Source: Massalongia carnosa (taxonomy: Eukaryota). From it: 64,000 nt of DNA. The position numbers and the translations under genes are program-made. The notes beneath the pieces were generated by a model, which was not told where the DNA came from, searched no databases, and saw only the letters and a list, made by a program, of their open reading frames with translations. Shown here piece after piece: positions 24,732 to 36,775 of the stretch (position 1 is its first letter; each line of letters opens with the position of its first letter). The stretch covers positions 2,232,001 through 2,296,000 of the forward strand of contig OZ287073.1 in NCBI GenBank assembly GCA_965645245.1. The letters are read 5' to 3'.

Positions 24732-26429
24732 ATGACGTCCCATCCCTGCTTACCTGCACCAATCAGACCAAATACAATCCCTTCGTTTCAACTCGTAGAC
24801 GCATCTCGTCAGCGTTTGAAAGACAGCCCATCTCCCCTCGTACCGTCCGCATGGGCAACCCTACTTCAAGAGTATCCGGGCCCCCTCCGAGTCCATCTGC
24901 CCATGATCCTTCGTTTCGGAGTACAAATCGGATACGAAGGCCCCACAGACATCCTTCGGATCGAAAAAAATCTGACATCAGCGAATGAGGACCCGGAAAC
25001 GATCGAGAATAAGCTTCAAGAGGACCTCAGGAAGGGCCGAGTCAGACGAATAGCCGCCCCGAGTCAGCCATTTGTAGCCTCCCCCCTCGGCTTGGTCCCG
25101 AAACATGACGGAGGATGGCGACGCATTCATCATCTGTCTCATCCCAATCAAACATCAGTCAACGACAACATTCCAGAAGAGGCCAAATTACAATACGCCA
25201 GACTCGACGACATTATTCAATTGATTCTGTCAGAGGGCAAAGGTGCTGTCATAGTGAAAAGAGACGTCAAAGACGCCTTTCGAAACGTTCCCGTCGCACC
25301 TCATCATCAATGGCTTCTGGGTTTCGGATGGAATGACGAATTCTACACCGAGACATGCCTTTCGTTCGGACTGTCGACGGCCCCGTTCATCTTCAATCTT
25401 TTTGCGGAAGGCTTTCATTGGATTTTGGAATCCTTTCTACAATGGAGATTACATCACTATCTAGACGACTTCGTTGCAATCTTCCCATCCGAGACATCGT
25501 CAGAACGATTGCACCAAGAAACAAAAGCCTACAACATTCTCACCGACATTCTCGGCATCCCGAGAAACGACTCAAAAGACGCCGAGGGAACGACAGCGAC
25601 AGTCTTCGGACTCGAGGTCGACACCATCAACAGTCTTATTCGTCTGCCAGCGGACAAGCTGGAAAAAGCGAGAATCATCACTACAAAGGCACTAAACGAG
25701 ACGACAATCAGCCTCGGCGACATGCAGTCAATAGCGGGCTTCCTAAGCTTCTGCGCACAGGCAGTCAAATTGGGCCGAGTCTTCTTACGATTATTCTGGA
25801 ATTTTATAGCCTCATTTCCCTCGGGCAGTCATCGTCGGGTCAAAAGAAGAATTCCCACATGGGTCAGACAGGATCTCATCTAGTGGAACAAACTTTTAGT
25901 GGACTTCAACGGTATTGTCTTCTTCGAGACGTCAACACGAGACACGATCAAGGTGCATACGGATGCATGCCTCACGGGTCTCGGAGGCTATTTTCAACAA
26001 GACAACGAGCTCGTGAATCAAAAAAACGCATGTAGGGCCCGAGTCCTAGTCAATCAGGAAGAATCACCGAGCATAAACGTCCGAGAAGTCGAGGCTATCC
26101 TTCTAATCCTTCAGAAATGGGCGCCGACATGGCGACATCGACAGATCCTTGTCTTTACCGACAGCAACACAGCATACACAGGATTCACGAATCTAACCCT
26201 CAAGGGACCGGCCAACGCGCCTCTACGAGAAATACTGTCCATAGCTGCAAAGTGGGACATCGTACTACGTTGTCAATGGATCAGTGGCACTTCCAATGGA
26301 CTAGCAGATGCCCTGTCACGTTTTGATGATGAAAGATTGGCTAACTTTTGCCCTCATTGGCAGAACCCATACAATTCGATGAACCTCCCTCCACCTACCT
26401 ATCCTCCACACCAGGGTCAGCCCTGGTAA
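24732..26429 (+). pseudogene. YR-retrotransposon RT-RNase H with a single TAG at 25881
   Basis: SPLGLVPK, RRIHHLS, DVKDAF, FGLSTAP and HYLDDF, then DLI*W (in place of the conserved DLxWW) and RNase H motifs HTDA, INVRE, FTDS and ADALSR in the same frame. Confidence 0.9.
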
Positions 26430-27511
26430 AACGCCTCGTCTGGCACGGACACTCGGCGGACACGAGAAAAGGGTACGGGACGGCGATCGACTCATACGAG
26501 GCATTCTGTGCGACGACGGGACGCACGTCGTGGCCTGCAACAACCGAGTCCCTCGAGGAATGGCTAGCCGGTCGACTATACCGGGGCGGCACACCCAAGC
26601 AGGGAAAGATAAAACCAGAGACGGCAGCGAGCTACCTCGCCGGCCTCAGATCATACCATGTAGACCGAGGATACGGCCTCACCCCATTCGAGGGGCCGAG
26701 ACTTCAATTGATGCTGAAAGGGGGAAAAAGGATCTTTTCTCAGACAAAAAGAAGACGCCTACCCATTTCAAAAGAATTACTGACAAAAATCACCAGTATT
26801 CCCGCTCATTCGGCCGAAGACCTCAACATCGACGCGACATTCAAAGTTGCATGGGCAGGGTTCCTCAGACTCGGGGAAATCACCTACACTGTCGCCGATC
26901 GTAAGAAGACATCTTTTCAGAGATTGAAACCTACACGAGGTGACATCTCATTCGCCGAGAACGATCAATACGCGACATTACGTCTCAAAAGAAGCAAAAC
27001 AGACACAAATCACTCAGGAGTTCAGATAGTGCTAGCAGCGACCAATGAGAGCACTTGCCCCGTGACAGCACTACGGCGTCTTTTCAGAAATGATCCTCAG
27101 CCATCTACATCCCCGCTTTTTCGTCTCGGCACCGCATTCACCAGAGCCTCCGTCATAGCATCCCTGAAAAAGAGACTGATAGCCGCCGGCATCAACGACT
27201 CGGCATACTCGGGACACAGCTTCAGAAAAGGAGCAGCACAACACGCCGCCGACCACGGGATGCTGGATGAGAGTATTCAGAGAGTCGGAAGATGGTCATC
27301 AAACGCGTTTCAGCTATACTTTCAGACGTCCCAGGCCTCACTATTCAATTTGAACCTCAGTTTTCAAAAAGGCATCCCTCTGGCAGTCCCACGTGCTGTC
27401 GTCGCCGAGACGAATCCTACAAACTCCTACCCCTACTCAATTGGGCATTCCATTGGGCGTACAGGTCAACCAGGGCATCGATCCGGAGCGCCGCCGGGCA
27501 CCTCCATCTAG
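26348..27511 (+). CDS. Tyrosine recombinase (phage-integrase family) of the YR retrotransposon; start uncertain
   Basis: Catalytic set R (GFLRLGE), K (SKTD), HxxR (GHSFRKG), W (GRWSS) and Y (FQLY). Confidence 0.92.
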   Translation: MPSLAEPIQFDEPPSTYLSSTPGSALVKRLVWHGHSADTRKGYGTAIDSYEAFCATTGRTSWPATTESLEEWLAGRLYRGGTPKQGKIKPETAASYLAGLRSYHVDRGYGLTPFEGPRLQLMLKGGKRIFSQTKRRRLPISKELLTKITSIPAHSAEDLNIDATFKVAWAGFLRLGEITYTVADRKKTSFQRLKPTRGDISFAENDQYATLRLKRSKTDTNHSGVQIVLAATNESTCPVTALRRLFRNDPQPSTSPLFRLGTAFTRASVIASLKKRLIAAGINDSAYSGHSFRKGAAQHAADHGMLDESIQRVGRWSSNAFQLYFQTSQASLFNLNLSFQKGIPLAVPRAVVAETNPTNSYPYSIGHSIGRTGQPGHRSGAPPGTSI

Positions 27512-27992
27512 ATCATCGCCGTCGGGCACTGCCGTCGGGCATCATCTATCGGATCGTTGAGCGTCAGCAGACGCCTCGGGTCTAGAAGATGAGGTTCTCA
27601 CCTCAGCACCGACCCCGAGTCACGTGCCTAGGCCTGCCCGGGCTGACCTGTGTCGTTCCCATGCCCAATCAAATTCAAGCATTCAAATCAATTCATCCAA
27701 TTAAAAGCCCCCCCCAGCGCAAGCGAAGGTAACGGCACCGATAAGGGTCATAGAATACAGGCTTTAGCGCTTGTAGAACACGGAATTGCGGCGAAAATCG
27801 TGCAAGCAGTGACTTGAGTCTCCACAAGATCGATTTCAGCTCTCAAAATCAAAGCACGACAGCGTGGATATGATCCAGCTGTATCTCGTATTTTAAAAGT
27901 AGAATATATAGAAGATGCACCTCGTTCAGGACGACTTAAAAAGGTTACACCAGAGGTAGAGCAAGCTATATTGAATAATGTAGTGTAAGATC

Positions 27993-28163
27993 TGTGACGA
28001 AGCGAGATAGTGAATAGATTTCTACCATTGCGCCACCTGTCCTTCCCGACCAAAAGGCACAATACTTAGTCCGCAGACCAAGCTCTATTCTACTATAACT
28101 GGGACTCCTGCTATGTTCGCTGTAGGTCCTGCCGTCCGCACCACGCTTGGTCGAACCGTTACA
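27993..28163. repeat. 171-bp solo LTR
   Basis: TG...CA ends, TSD AGATC, near-identical copy at 50069-50554. Confidence 0.9.
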
Positions 28164-28492
28164 AGATCGAAATAGCGGAGAAAAATCATCAGCTATGATT
28201 GGCTTTGATCATAAACTCTCCTCCACTACTATACTTCGTACGCTTAAACAGAATGGGTTTCGCCCCTGTAAAAGCACGAAAAAGCCAGGTCTAGATTCGA
28301 TCATGAAAGAGGCTCGTCTGCAATTTTGTTTGCAATATCAGCACTGGACTATTGATAATTGGAAGAACGTTATATGGACTGACAAAACAAGTAGGTATTA
28401 TATTGGGTTCTAGACGTGGAAGAAGACTTCAGTGGCGTACCTCGAAAGAAATGTATGGTGAAACGTGTATTCGACGTAGATGGAAAGGATGC

Positions 28493-30271
28493 GAGATGCT
28501 TAGGGACAGTCCCCCCCCGACCGTCCCCCTGTGTAGATCTTTACCAGTAAACAGCCACTTTAATACTCATCCAGGGTGCGTACAAGCTAACAGTTACACT
28601 ACGTATTAATAATGTTGCTGTTACTGACTAAGTGTATTCAACACCTACAAATCTACCTATTGCGATGACTTCAACTCCAAAAACTCGTCAATCAATTGCG
28701 ATACATCATCTTTTCAAGGCTTCATGATTTCAACCGTCTTTCTCATCGCCGTTTGATTTCTTCGTCACACCCCGAGACCTTCGCATTGTTGCAGAGGAAG
28801 TAGGGAGAATTTAACTGGCGCGCACGTTTTGGCTAAGACTATAAAGAGATGGAGGCGGCGCAGCCTCAGGTAGGGCTTTTTGACTATGCTTGGCAAGCAC
28901 ATCGTCAATATCTTCGAGCGAATCCGACGAGGCTTCTGATGTAAGAATAAAATCATTATCGTCATCCGAAGGAAGCATAGGATCCATAGAACGACCGAGA
29001 ATGGGCTGAGTGCTTATATACTGCACCTCGTCATCGTCGTCGGAGACGATAGACGCGTTTTCGATTCTCTCCATAACTAAGTTATCTCCTAAACCTATTG
29101 TACCCAATATTAGCCGACCCGAGCGCAATAACTTTGCAACATCGTGAATTTTACCTTCTGTTTCACCTTCAACCTCGTCGTCGCCCCTAGCACGCAATCT
29201 ATTATATCTAAGCCTCCTCCCTTGTTCAATAGAGTCCCTTCGCCTAGTACGTCGCTGTTCAGTTTCTCTAGCCTCAGCTGCCTCGCGACCAGTGTAGGCA
29301 CGTCGACGACTCCCTCCTTTCTTATACATGAGGTTTTCTTTGGGCCGAATCTCGTCGGGGAATGTGGTGGGGATGAGAGGTCTTACCAGTTCCTTCTTTT
29401 GCCCATTTCTTATTGAACTTTTCAACGATGTGAGAATGCTCGCGAGCGTACTCCTCCCTTCGATGAGAATCTTCTATTGATTGATGCAGGTCAATAGATT
29501 GATATGCCACAGAATGTAGCAAATCAAGGCCCCCGCGGCGAAATCAAATCTATCCTCACTCAACACGCCTTCTTCGAGCTCGACCTCATCCTTATCCGCC
29601 TCAATCTCTCCCGTGCCTTCGACCTCATCGACGATCTTTTCGACCTCGGGCTCCGAGCCGCGAGCGAAATCGAAGGTCATTTGCCAAGAGACCGCATAAG
29701 GTGGGCCATCAAAAAACTAGCGGGGGTGGATGAGGGAAACGGGAATAGGGACCGAGTCGATGATGCATTTATACAACCAGCATTTGCATAGGAGACCGTA
29801 CCTTAAAGGCAATTCACAATCATAAACACAGCTTCCACCATCAGGGACAATAGAAAGGATTCTCAGCTAATGATTTGGCGGCATCGAGTTCTCTTGAAAC
29901 GAGGCCAATGGCATGATGCGTAATTTTCCCAATGAGTAGCGTAAAAGCATTTCTATCGATCAATCTAGGATTGCGTATTCGCTGTTGATTGCACAAAATC
30001 TCCTGATCTAATTGTTTTTTCCGCACCTCATCACATATTTTCTGCACCGATTTTCTTATAGGCAAGGGCAAATGGTAAGTGAGGGTGAGGGTGAGGGTAT
30101 GCTTTATTAGTAGCAATAACACGTCATACGATTTAAACCGAAAAGAGTTTAATGTGCTGTTGGCAGTTGCATACTAGCTTGTACGCATCCTGGATGAGTA
30201 TTAAAGTGGCTGTTTACTAGTAAAGATCTACACAGGGGGACGGTCGGGGGGAGACTGTCCCTAAGCATCTC
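28493..30271 (-). mobile_element. Non-autonomous MULE, copy 2
   Basis: Near-identical to 19683-21491, with duplicated target GGAAAGGATGC at 28482-28492 and 30272-30282. Confidence 0.88.
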
Positions 30272-31747
30272 GGAAAGGATGCTCCGAGTTTTTGTTTTGG
30301 GGCTGTTTTTCGTACGATAAGAAAGAACCTTTTCATATCTGAAAAACAGAGACCGCAAAAGAGAAAAGAGAGGCTCAAATTGAGTTAGATAAACTCAATA
30401 AGACTTTAGAATCAGAAGCTAAAGAGGATTGGGAGTTAGAAACAAGCATGAGACGAATGAAGCTACGTAATCCAGGAGGTCGAAAACCTATCTGGAAATG
30501 GGATAAAACACACGGTAAAGTCGTTCGAGATGGCAAGGGAGGAGTAGACTGATATCGTTATGAAAAACTCGTCTTAATTCCTAAGCTTCTTCCGTTTGCA
30601 AAAGAATGTATGATAGATCGACCAAACACTATCGTACAGGAAGACAAGGCCCCCAGTCACGCATCCAAACATCAAAATCTGATCTTTATGGATTTCAACG
30701 TCATGCGTCTGTTATGGCCTGGAAATTCTCCTGATCTGAACATGATCGAGCCTTGCTGGTTCTGGATGAAGCGAAGAACAACTCGATTAGGTGCTCCGAG
30801 GACTCGTATTGAGGCTGAAAAGGCCTGGACAAAGTGCTGGACGGAGGAGTTGACGCAGAAAAGAATTCAGTCCTGGATTGAACGTATAAAGCGACATGTT
30901 GACGAGGTGATATTGTTGGACGGAGGTAACGAGTATAGAGAAGGTAGAGAGATCGGAGTCGTACGACCGTATAATAAAGAAGATCGCCGTGTTCGATATC
31001 ATCGCGCTCATCTCAAACGAGAAAGCACTGACAGCGATGAGTATAAGTGATAAAGATGATGATGGTGATAATTCTGAATAGCTTCATGCGATTATTCGAT
31101 GGATTGATATTTAATAACTATCTACCTATCAATGCAAATATACCCATGTAAAGTGGCCTTTTTAGCTGCATATTTAGCGTTAGCAAGGACTTTCGGCGTC
31201 ATCCTTCGTAAATAGTTTGAGAAATGCGTCAAGGAGATGATAGCGTCATGGAAGTCCTCGGTCGCACGGTTAGAAAGTCAATCGTTTCGTTTGTGCATAT
31301 GCAAGAACTCGTTTGTCGAACTAGTAAAATCAATTGCCCAGAACTACCATTCCGCCTGATGCAAGTCACTGTTCTAACAGCTGCAAGTTGCTCCTTTTGC
31401 TGGTTTAGTCTTACAACGTAAACATGTTGCATGATCGACGCATGCATGAACAACGATTACACTTACACGATCTCTACACTACAGTGACCCCGCTGCTCTT
31501 TGACAAATATTTAGACCTTGTCTGACCTCAAATATCTCGTCTCGCTACCCGCAAAACGGTCTTTCCTATTTCTTCCTCGACTTTGCCCTTCTCTCCCATT
31601 TATGATATTTTATTCCGGCCCCAAAGACCATCTTTTTGCAATCTTTGCTTTCTAATCTCGCGCTCATTATCTTTCAATCCTGCCGCCGATATCTTTCGGT
31701 TCTACTCGCTTCTACTTTAGTTGTCGGTTTTATCGCTTCTTAGCTTG

Positions 31748-32440
31748 ATGGCTCTCAACCCGGAAGTAAACTTCTTTGATAACTTGGGTATTCGTTATGA
31801 GAAAGCTTTTGGACACGATGTGGGATTGCGAAACTTTGTTCAAGGCGCGCTTGATACACTCCCCCAAAACGCGAAAGTACTAGACATTGGTTGTGGTACG
31901 GGGAAGCCTACATCCAGCATGGTTGCTACCAGCGGGCGTCAGCTACATGGCATTGACTTCTCCCCGGTCATGATTGACCTAAGTCGAAAGCAGGTTCCGG
32001 AGGGCACTTTCGAGACTGTCAACATGCTCGACTACAACCCAAGCATTGCCTTTGACGCCGCCTTTTCGATCTTCTCTACCTTCCAGCTTACTCGAGACGA
32101 GATGTATGCCATGGCAGTCAAGTGGTCCGAGTGGATTAAACCAAATGGATCGATCTTTATTGGTACCATGGTGGCCGAAGACTTTCCGACCGAGCCTCAC
32201 ATGTTCGATCCTGATGGACTTTGCGCACGGGGGATCGAGCATACCTTTATGGGGAGCAGTATAGGAAATCATCTCTATACCAGGGGTGGCTGGGATACTC
32301 TGTTGAGGCAAGCTGGGTTTGAGATTGTCCACACCGAGACGAGCTGGTTTCAACCACCAGCAGACGCAAAAAGCGATATCGAACCGCATTATTATATAAC
32401 TGCACATAATCGTTCCCATGCAGTGTTCGCAATGGAGTGA
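31748..32440 (+). CDS. Class I SAM-dependent methyltransferase
   Basis: Motif I VLDIGCGTG, then GIDFSPVMI, FDAAFSIFS and IKPNG. The last 5 residues come from the hAT TIR. Confidence 0.88.
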   Translation: MALNPEVNFFDNLGIRYEKAFGHDVGLRNFVQGALDTLPQNAKVLDIGCGTGKPTSSMVATSGRQLHGIDFSPVMIDLSRKQVPEGTFETVNMLDYNPSIAFDAAFSIFSTFQLTRDEMYAMAVKWSEWIKPNGSIFIGTMVAEDFPTEPHMFDPDGLCARGIEHTFMGSSIGNHLYTRGGWDTLLRQAGFEIVHTETSWFQPPADAKSDIEPHYYITAHNRSHAVFAME

Positions 32441-35400
32441 CTGGATTGGATTGGAGTGGCGCTCCAATCCAATCCATTAAGTCTAGACCTATATGGATTG
32501 GAGTCCATTAAGATTAAACCTTAATGGATTGGACTCCATTAAGGAATATATTTAATGGATGGAGTGGATCGGAGTCCATGGATCTCCAGTGGAGTAAATC
32601 CAGTGGACTCCACTGGATTAAATCCATTTAATCCATTTAATCCATGGACTCCATGGACTCCACTGAAGTGCAGTGCGTACAAACCTTTCCGGAACCTCCC
32701 TCGAGCGTAAAACCACTTTGTAGTAGATATAAATTGCCTAATCGAGACGACGACCCAGCTAAGCGAGGACGACGACCTTTGTGTTTTGATGATTTTGGCT
32801 GGATTTTCGCACCTTCCATGGCCCGGTAAACCTCGGCTAGGGGGTAGAGTCTGAAATATAGGTGGTAGATTGAGGTTGCGATGTTGAAGTGATGAGGAAG
32901 GAGTGTTTTTGCATTTGTTCTCCACGAACTCAAAGTAGTTTTTGAACCTTTCAACTAAAATTAACTAGGAAAAATTCAAAAGATACCTAAAAGAACCTTT
33001 CCAGCAATGCCAAATTTGCCATCAAACATAGCAAATATCAACTTCTAGTCCCCTTGGCAACCATGCACTCATCCCACCTCCTATGGGTTCCCTTGATCCC
33101 CGAACTTCTCTCCTGCCTTCTGGTACGTTGGTAAGTACTCGAAATAGTCTCCTAGAACTAGCCCACCCATGGCCCAGCTTCTAATACACTCTCCTGCCTC
33201 AATAAAGTCGGGTTTTAGACGATTCCTATGATCTGGAATCATCAATTTGGACGAAGAGAACAAGCGTTCGACCTCTGCACTCATGCCAGGCACAGAGAAT
33301 ATATTCCTGGCCATTTGAGCTAGTCTAGGATAGTGAGGCTCGTGAGCTTTCCACCATTCTAAGTGGCCAGAGAACCCGCAACCATCTTCATCAACTGGTT
33401 CTGTATTACAGTACCGTCTATATTCATCTCTGACAGTGGATTTAGCTTTGTTTGTACTCCTTTTAAGGTGTTCCTTCAAAAGGGAGGGCTTAGCGTGCTA
33501 CAAATATAGTTAGCCGTGTTTTTATATTAATAAGTGTTAATATACCTTATTATTTTGACTTCCAGGTGACGGTGTATCATCTTCAGCAACCTCTATATTT
33601 GCATATAAGTCTTGCCAAAGTTTTTGGACCTTCGTACGAGCTTGAGCAAGGTCACTAGCACTCATACTATCCTCAAAATAAGTCCACTTATACCAGGGCA
33701 TCAGGACGACGGCCACTAAATAAATAGGGGAAGTGAGTAGTTGACGGTATTTCTCTAGCTTTTGCATGGCGTTAATAATGTTCAGTTCCAGTCGTTTACT
33801 AGCTAGTTCCTGTGGGTTTGACTGATCGACTTCATCAAGCTCAAAGCCAAATAGCTGCTCTTCCATCCCCTTTTTTATTAAATCATATGAAGGGAGCACT
33901 TGGTGAGCGTAACCATTATTTCCTATTAAAAGCTTAGTGATTATCGAGTTATTTAAAGCTTATATAATATACCAGACATCTCTCTTCCTTGTAAACTCAT
34001 CATAAGCTCTTCGAGTGGTTCCATAAAAGCAATCACTTCCTTGGCGTAGTTCCAATCGTCAACCGTCATTTGCGAATCAAAAAGAGTCTTCTCAGTAAAT
34101 GATTGCTCAGAGTTACGATGCACGAATAGATCAAGAGAGTCTTTGATTTGAATGGCCCGTCGAAGCATATTAAGAGTTGAAAACCATCTAGTGATTTGCT
34201 CTTTAATTGGATGCAAGAGAGGGTCTTGAATCGTCTTATTAATCCCTTCAAACTGCTCGATCCTTTGAGCGGTGGCCATTATAAAGACAATAATCACATG
34301 AAGCTTCGTAATAGCATCTATTGGACGTTTCCAGACTGCCTTGGGCTCCCCTGGGAGTCGTTGACGCGCTTGCTTCGTAGGTTTGTTCTCTAAGAATGCA
34401 GTTGCCACGAGATTAACGATATGGCCGAAACAACGTAGTCGGTGAGTATCAGCGTCCCACCTAACTCCCTGCAAAAGGAGATGTTCCTCGACTGCTCTCA
34501 AGCAAGTGTCATTATCACCGGCATTATCCAAAACACAGTAGCCGAGCCTACCCCCTAGTTTATAAGCTTCAAGGGCCTTGACTATTAATTTTGACATATT
34601 CTCTCCACTATGGGGTCCAATAAGACGCTTCATGCCAAGAATCACTGTACGTGCTTGCCAGGAACGATCAATAAAGTGACAGCAAAGACCTAGCATAGAG
34701 AAATTATTAGGAGACGACCATAAGTCAAAGGATATATGGACTTGGCAGTTGCTTTCCACTAATAACTGAATCAATACAAGTTGACAAGCTAGAAATATCT
34801 CTAATAGTGCAGCTTTAATGGAATTGCCCGACTTGGGGAGTGTATCATTGCCTCGTAAATACGGACTTGAATATAAAAGCAGGTCTCGAAAAGCACGCTG
34901 CTCTACAATGGCAAAAGGAATATGACAAATACAAAGAAATCGTAAGAGCTTTTGTCGAAAGACTTCTGGACTAAAAGGAGCAACTACTACCCCTTGTTGA
35001 AGATGTTCAACAACAGAGATAGATGCCCTAGCAGCTGCTTCCTTAGGTGGAACAAGATTATGGTCCTTTCGTAAGTGCTCTCCACATGAAGCAGTGCCGT
35101 TTGTGATCATATACTCAGTATTAGAACCGTCTGCAACACCTGTAGTTAATTAGCTTTAATAATCGTTAATATAAATTAAATAGATATTGGACAAATGTAT
35201 AGTACATGTCAAAATCACAACTCGATGGTTCGGTACATATAAAATGGGCGGAATTACACTGAGTTCTATACAAATTTTCATAGCAAACATGGCAAATAAG
35301 TATAAATCTGGTACTTTACATTTGTTACACACCCAATAGGCCTTGCCCTCCCTCTCTGCCTTGGTGCCCCAATCCCATATCCAACTACGGCTCGCTCTAG

Positions 35401-36229
35401 CTCTCTTTGAAGCTATTCCACTTGTAGGAGACGAAAACCGGCCACCAATAACCCTGCCTTCAATAGAGGTTATAGGTGACGGCCTAGAAGGGCTGCTGGA
35501 ATGGTTACCAGGAGCGTTCCTGTCGTTCTCAGAGTATATAGTGCCGCTCAGGATGATATGGGGACGCTCCGTAGCTTGGGAAGTCGTGGAGGGTGCAGGG
35601 GAACGTCGAGAAAAGCTCAGGGCTGACTGGGATGGAGACCTCTGCCATATATTAATATATAAGCTTGATTAAATAAAGGATATGGATCAATACTCTTGAA
35701 GCTTCATTCCCAAGCTCTGCTGAACCAACCGTACGCTTTCTGCCACGCGTAATACGTTCAGGAACGTCGATATCACATGCTCCAGGAAGCTCAAATACTG
35801 ACTCTGTCTCGCCAGGGTCGGGGCGGGTTGTAGTTGTATCGTCACTAATATCAGACATCACTGCAAGTACGGTTCGGGACGGATTTTGGTGGTTTCTAGT
35901 TTAAATAGAAGCAAATTCAGTCCATAGCAAGTGATATTTGTAGGTTGACACGAATAAAAGCAGTAAAACAAGTGAAATATCACTTAAAATGTGGGAATTA
36001 CCATAGCTTTAAGGCCCCTGGAGCTATACCTAAAACACCACCTATTTTTAGGCCCTAATCCATTGGACTCCATGGAGTCCACTCCATTAGATAAATCCTT
36101 ATTGGAGTGACTCCATTAAGCCTAAAACCTTATTGGATGGACTCCATTTAAAAAAAAAACCTTTGGAGTGGATTGGAGTGGATTAAATGGAGTGGATATC
36201 CATTAAGAATCACTCCATTGCGAACACTG
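32421..36229 (-). mobile_element. hAT DNA transposon, apparently intact
   Basis: Perfect 20-bp TIR CAGTGTTCGCAATGGAGTGA, 8-bp TSD TTCCCATG at 32413-32420 and 36230-36237, and dense TGGAG/TGGAT subterminal repeats at both ends. Confidence 0.95.
33081..35858 (-). CDS. hAT transposase, about 5 exons
   Basis: BED finger (WVCNKC...HLRKDH) joined across an intron, then SFDLWSS, LDNAGDN, RCFGHIVNL, TRWFS and the dimerisation domain WWK..YPRLA..SAEVERLFS. No stops seen in the inferred exons. Confidence 0.88.
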
Positions 36230-36775
36230 TTCCCATGCGTAAGAGACGATTCATCTTTTTATCAGAATCATTTGAAAAGATGATTTACTCGAGTGGTGTG
36301 TAAATGGATCAACTCCACATGATAAACAGAAATAAAAAGAGTAAAATGGTTGAACGAGAAGTGTTGAAGCATGTGTCAAACTGTATTGGGCTTACACATG
36401 TTATTTCTTATCAGATAACAGGGAAGACTTTTGCGGCTGAGGTTAATGTATACAAAGTTTAAAACAAATCCCTGTTGGAGAGTTAAATCACATTCATAAT
36501 ACTTCGTCGAGCAACCTGTTATCCATCCATCATTAGACCACTCCCACCGCAGCTCAGCGAGCCCCGAGCTAGTTGCCCTGGGAGCTACTCGCAACTGCTT
36601 GCATCCAGGGCCAGTTCCCGATTTGCCCCTTGTTTTTGTATGAAAAGAATCATTGTGAAAGGTCTACCCGGCATTCGCTACTGTTATAAGTAGCCCGTTT
36701 TTATCCCTTCTTTTCTTCGAGGTAAAGCACGATATAACTTGAACCTATTCAATTGTTCATCTCACAGGTCTTAAC

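Larger units (their letters stand above)
23412..27659 (+). mobile_element. Tyrosine-recombinase retrotransposon (Ngaro/DIRS-like); the right end may instead be about 27728
   Basis: Three ORFs in the order gag, RT/RNase H and overlapping YR, with no LTRs. CATGCCCAAT is repeated at 23402-23411 and 27660-27669. Confidence 0.88.
23219..31208 (+). mobile_element. Tc1-family (DD34E) transposon B hosting three nested insertions
   Basis: TIRs CGAAGGATGACGCYGAAAGTCCTTGCTA with TA flanks. Transposase pieces lie at about 27730-27992, 28169-28492 and 30283-31050 (DAPRSGR, IWTD, VQEDKAPSH..WPGNSPDLNMIE). Confidence 0.9.

Noticed and set aside
25881..25883. Programmed readthrough between RT and RNase H of the YR element
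   Set aside because: The same copy also has a CAA-to-TAA-type stop in gag, so simple transition damage is sufficient.
26348..27511. Starship captain or Crypton recombinase
   Set aside because: The YR overlaps an RT/RNase H ORF downstream of gag, which is the layout of a YR retrotransposon.
27620..27735. HDV-like ribozyme at the YR element 3' end
   Set aside because: A GCGAA motif is present, but I could not build the nested double pseudoknot by eye. It would need an Infernal or RNArobo search.
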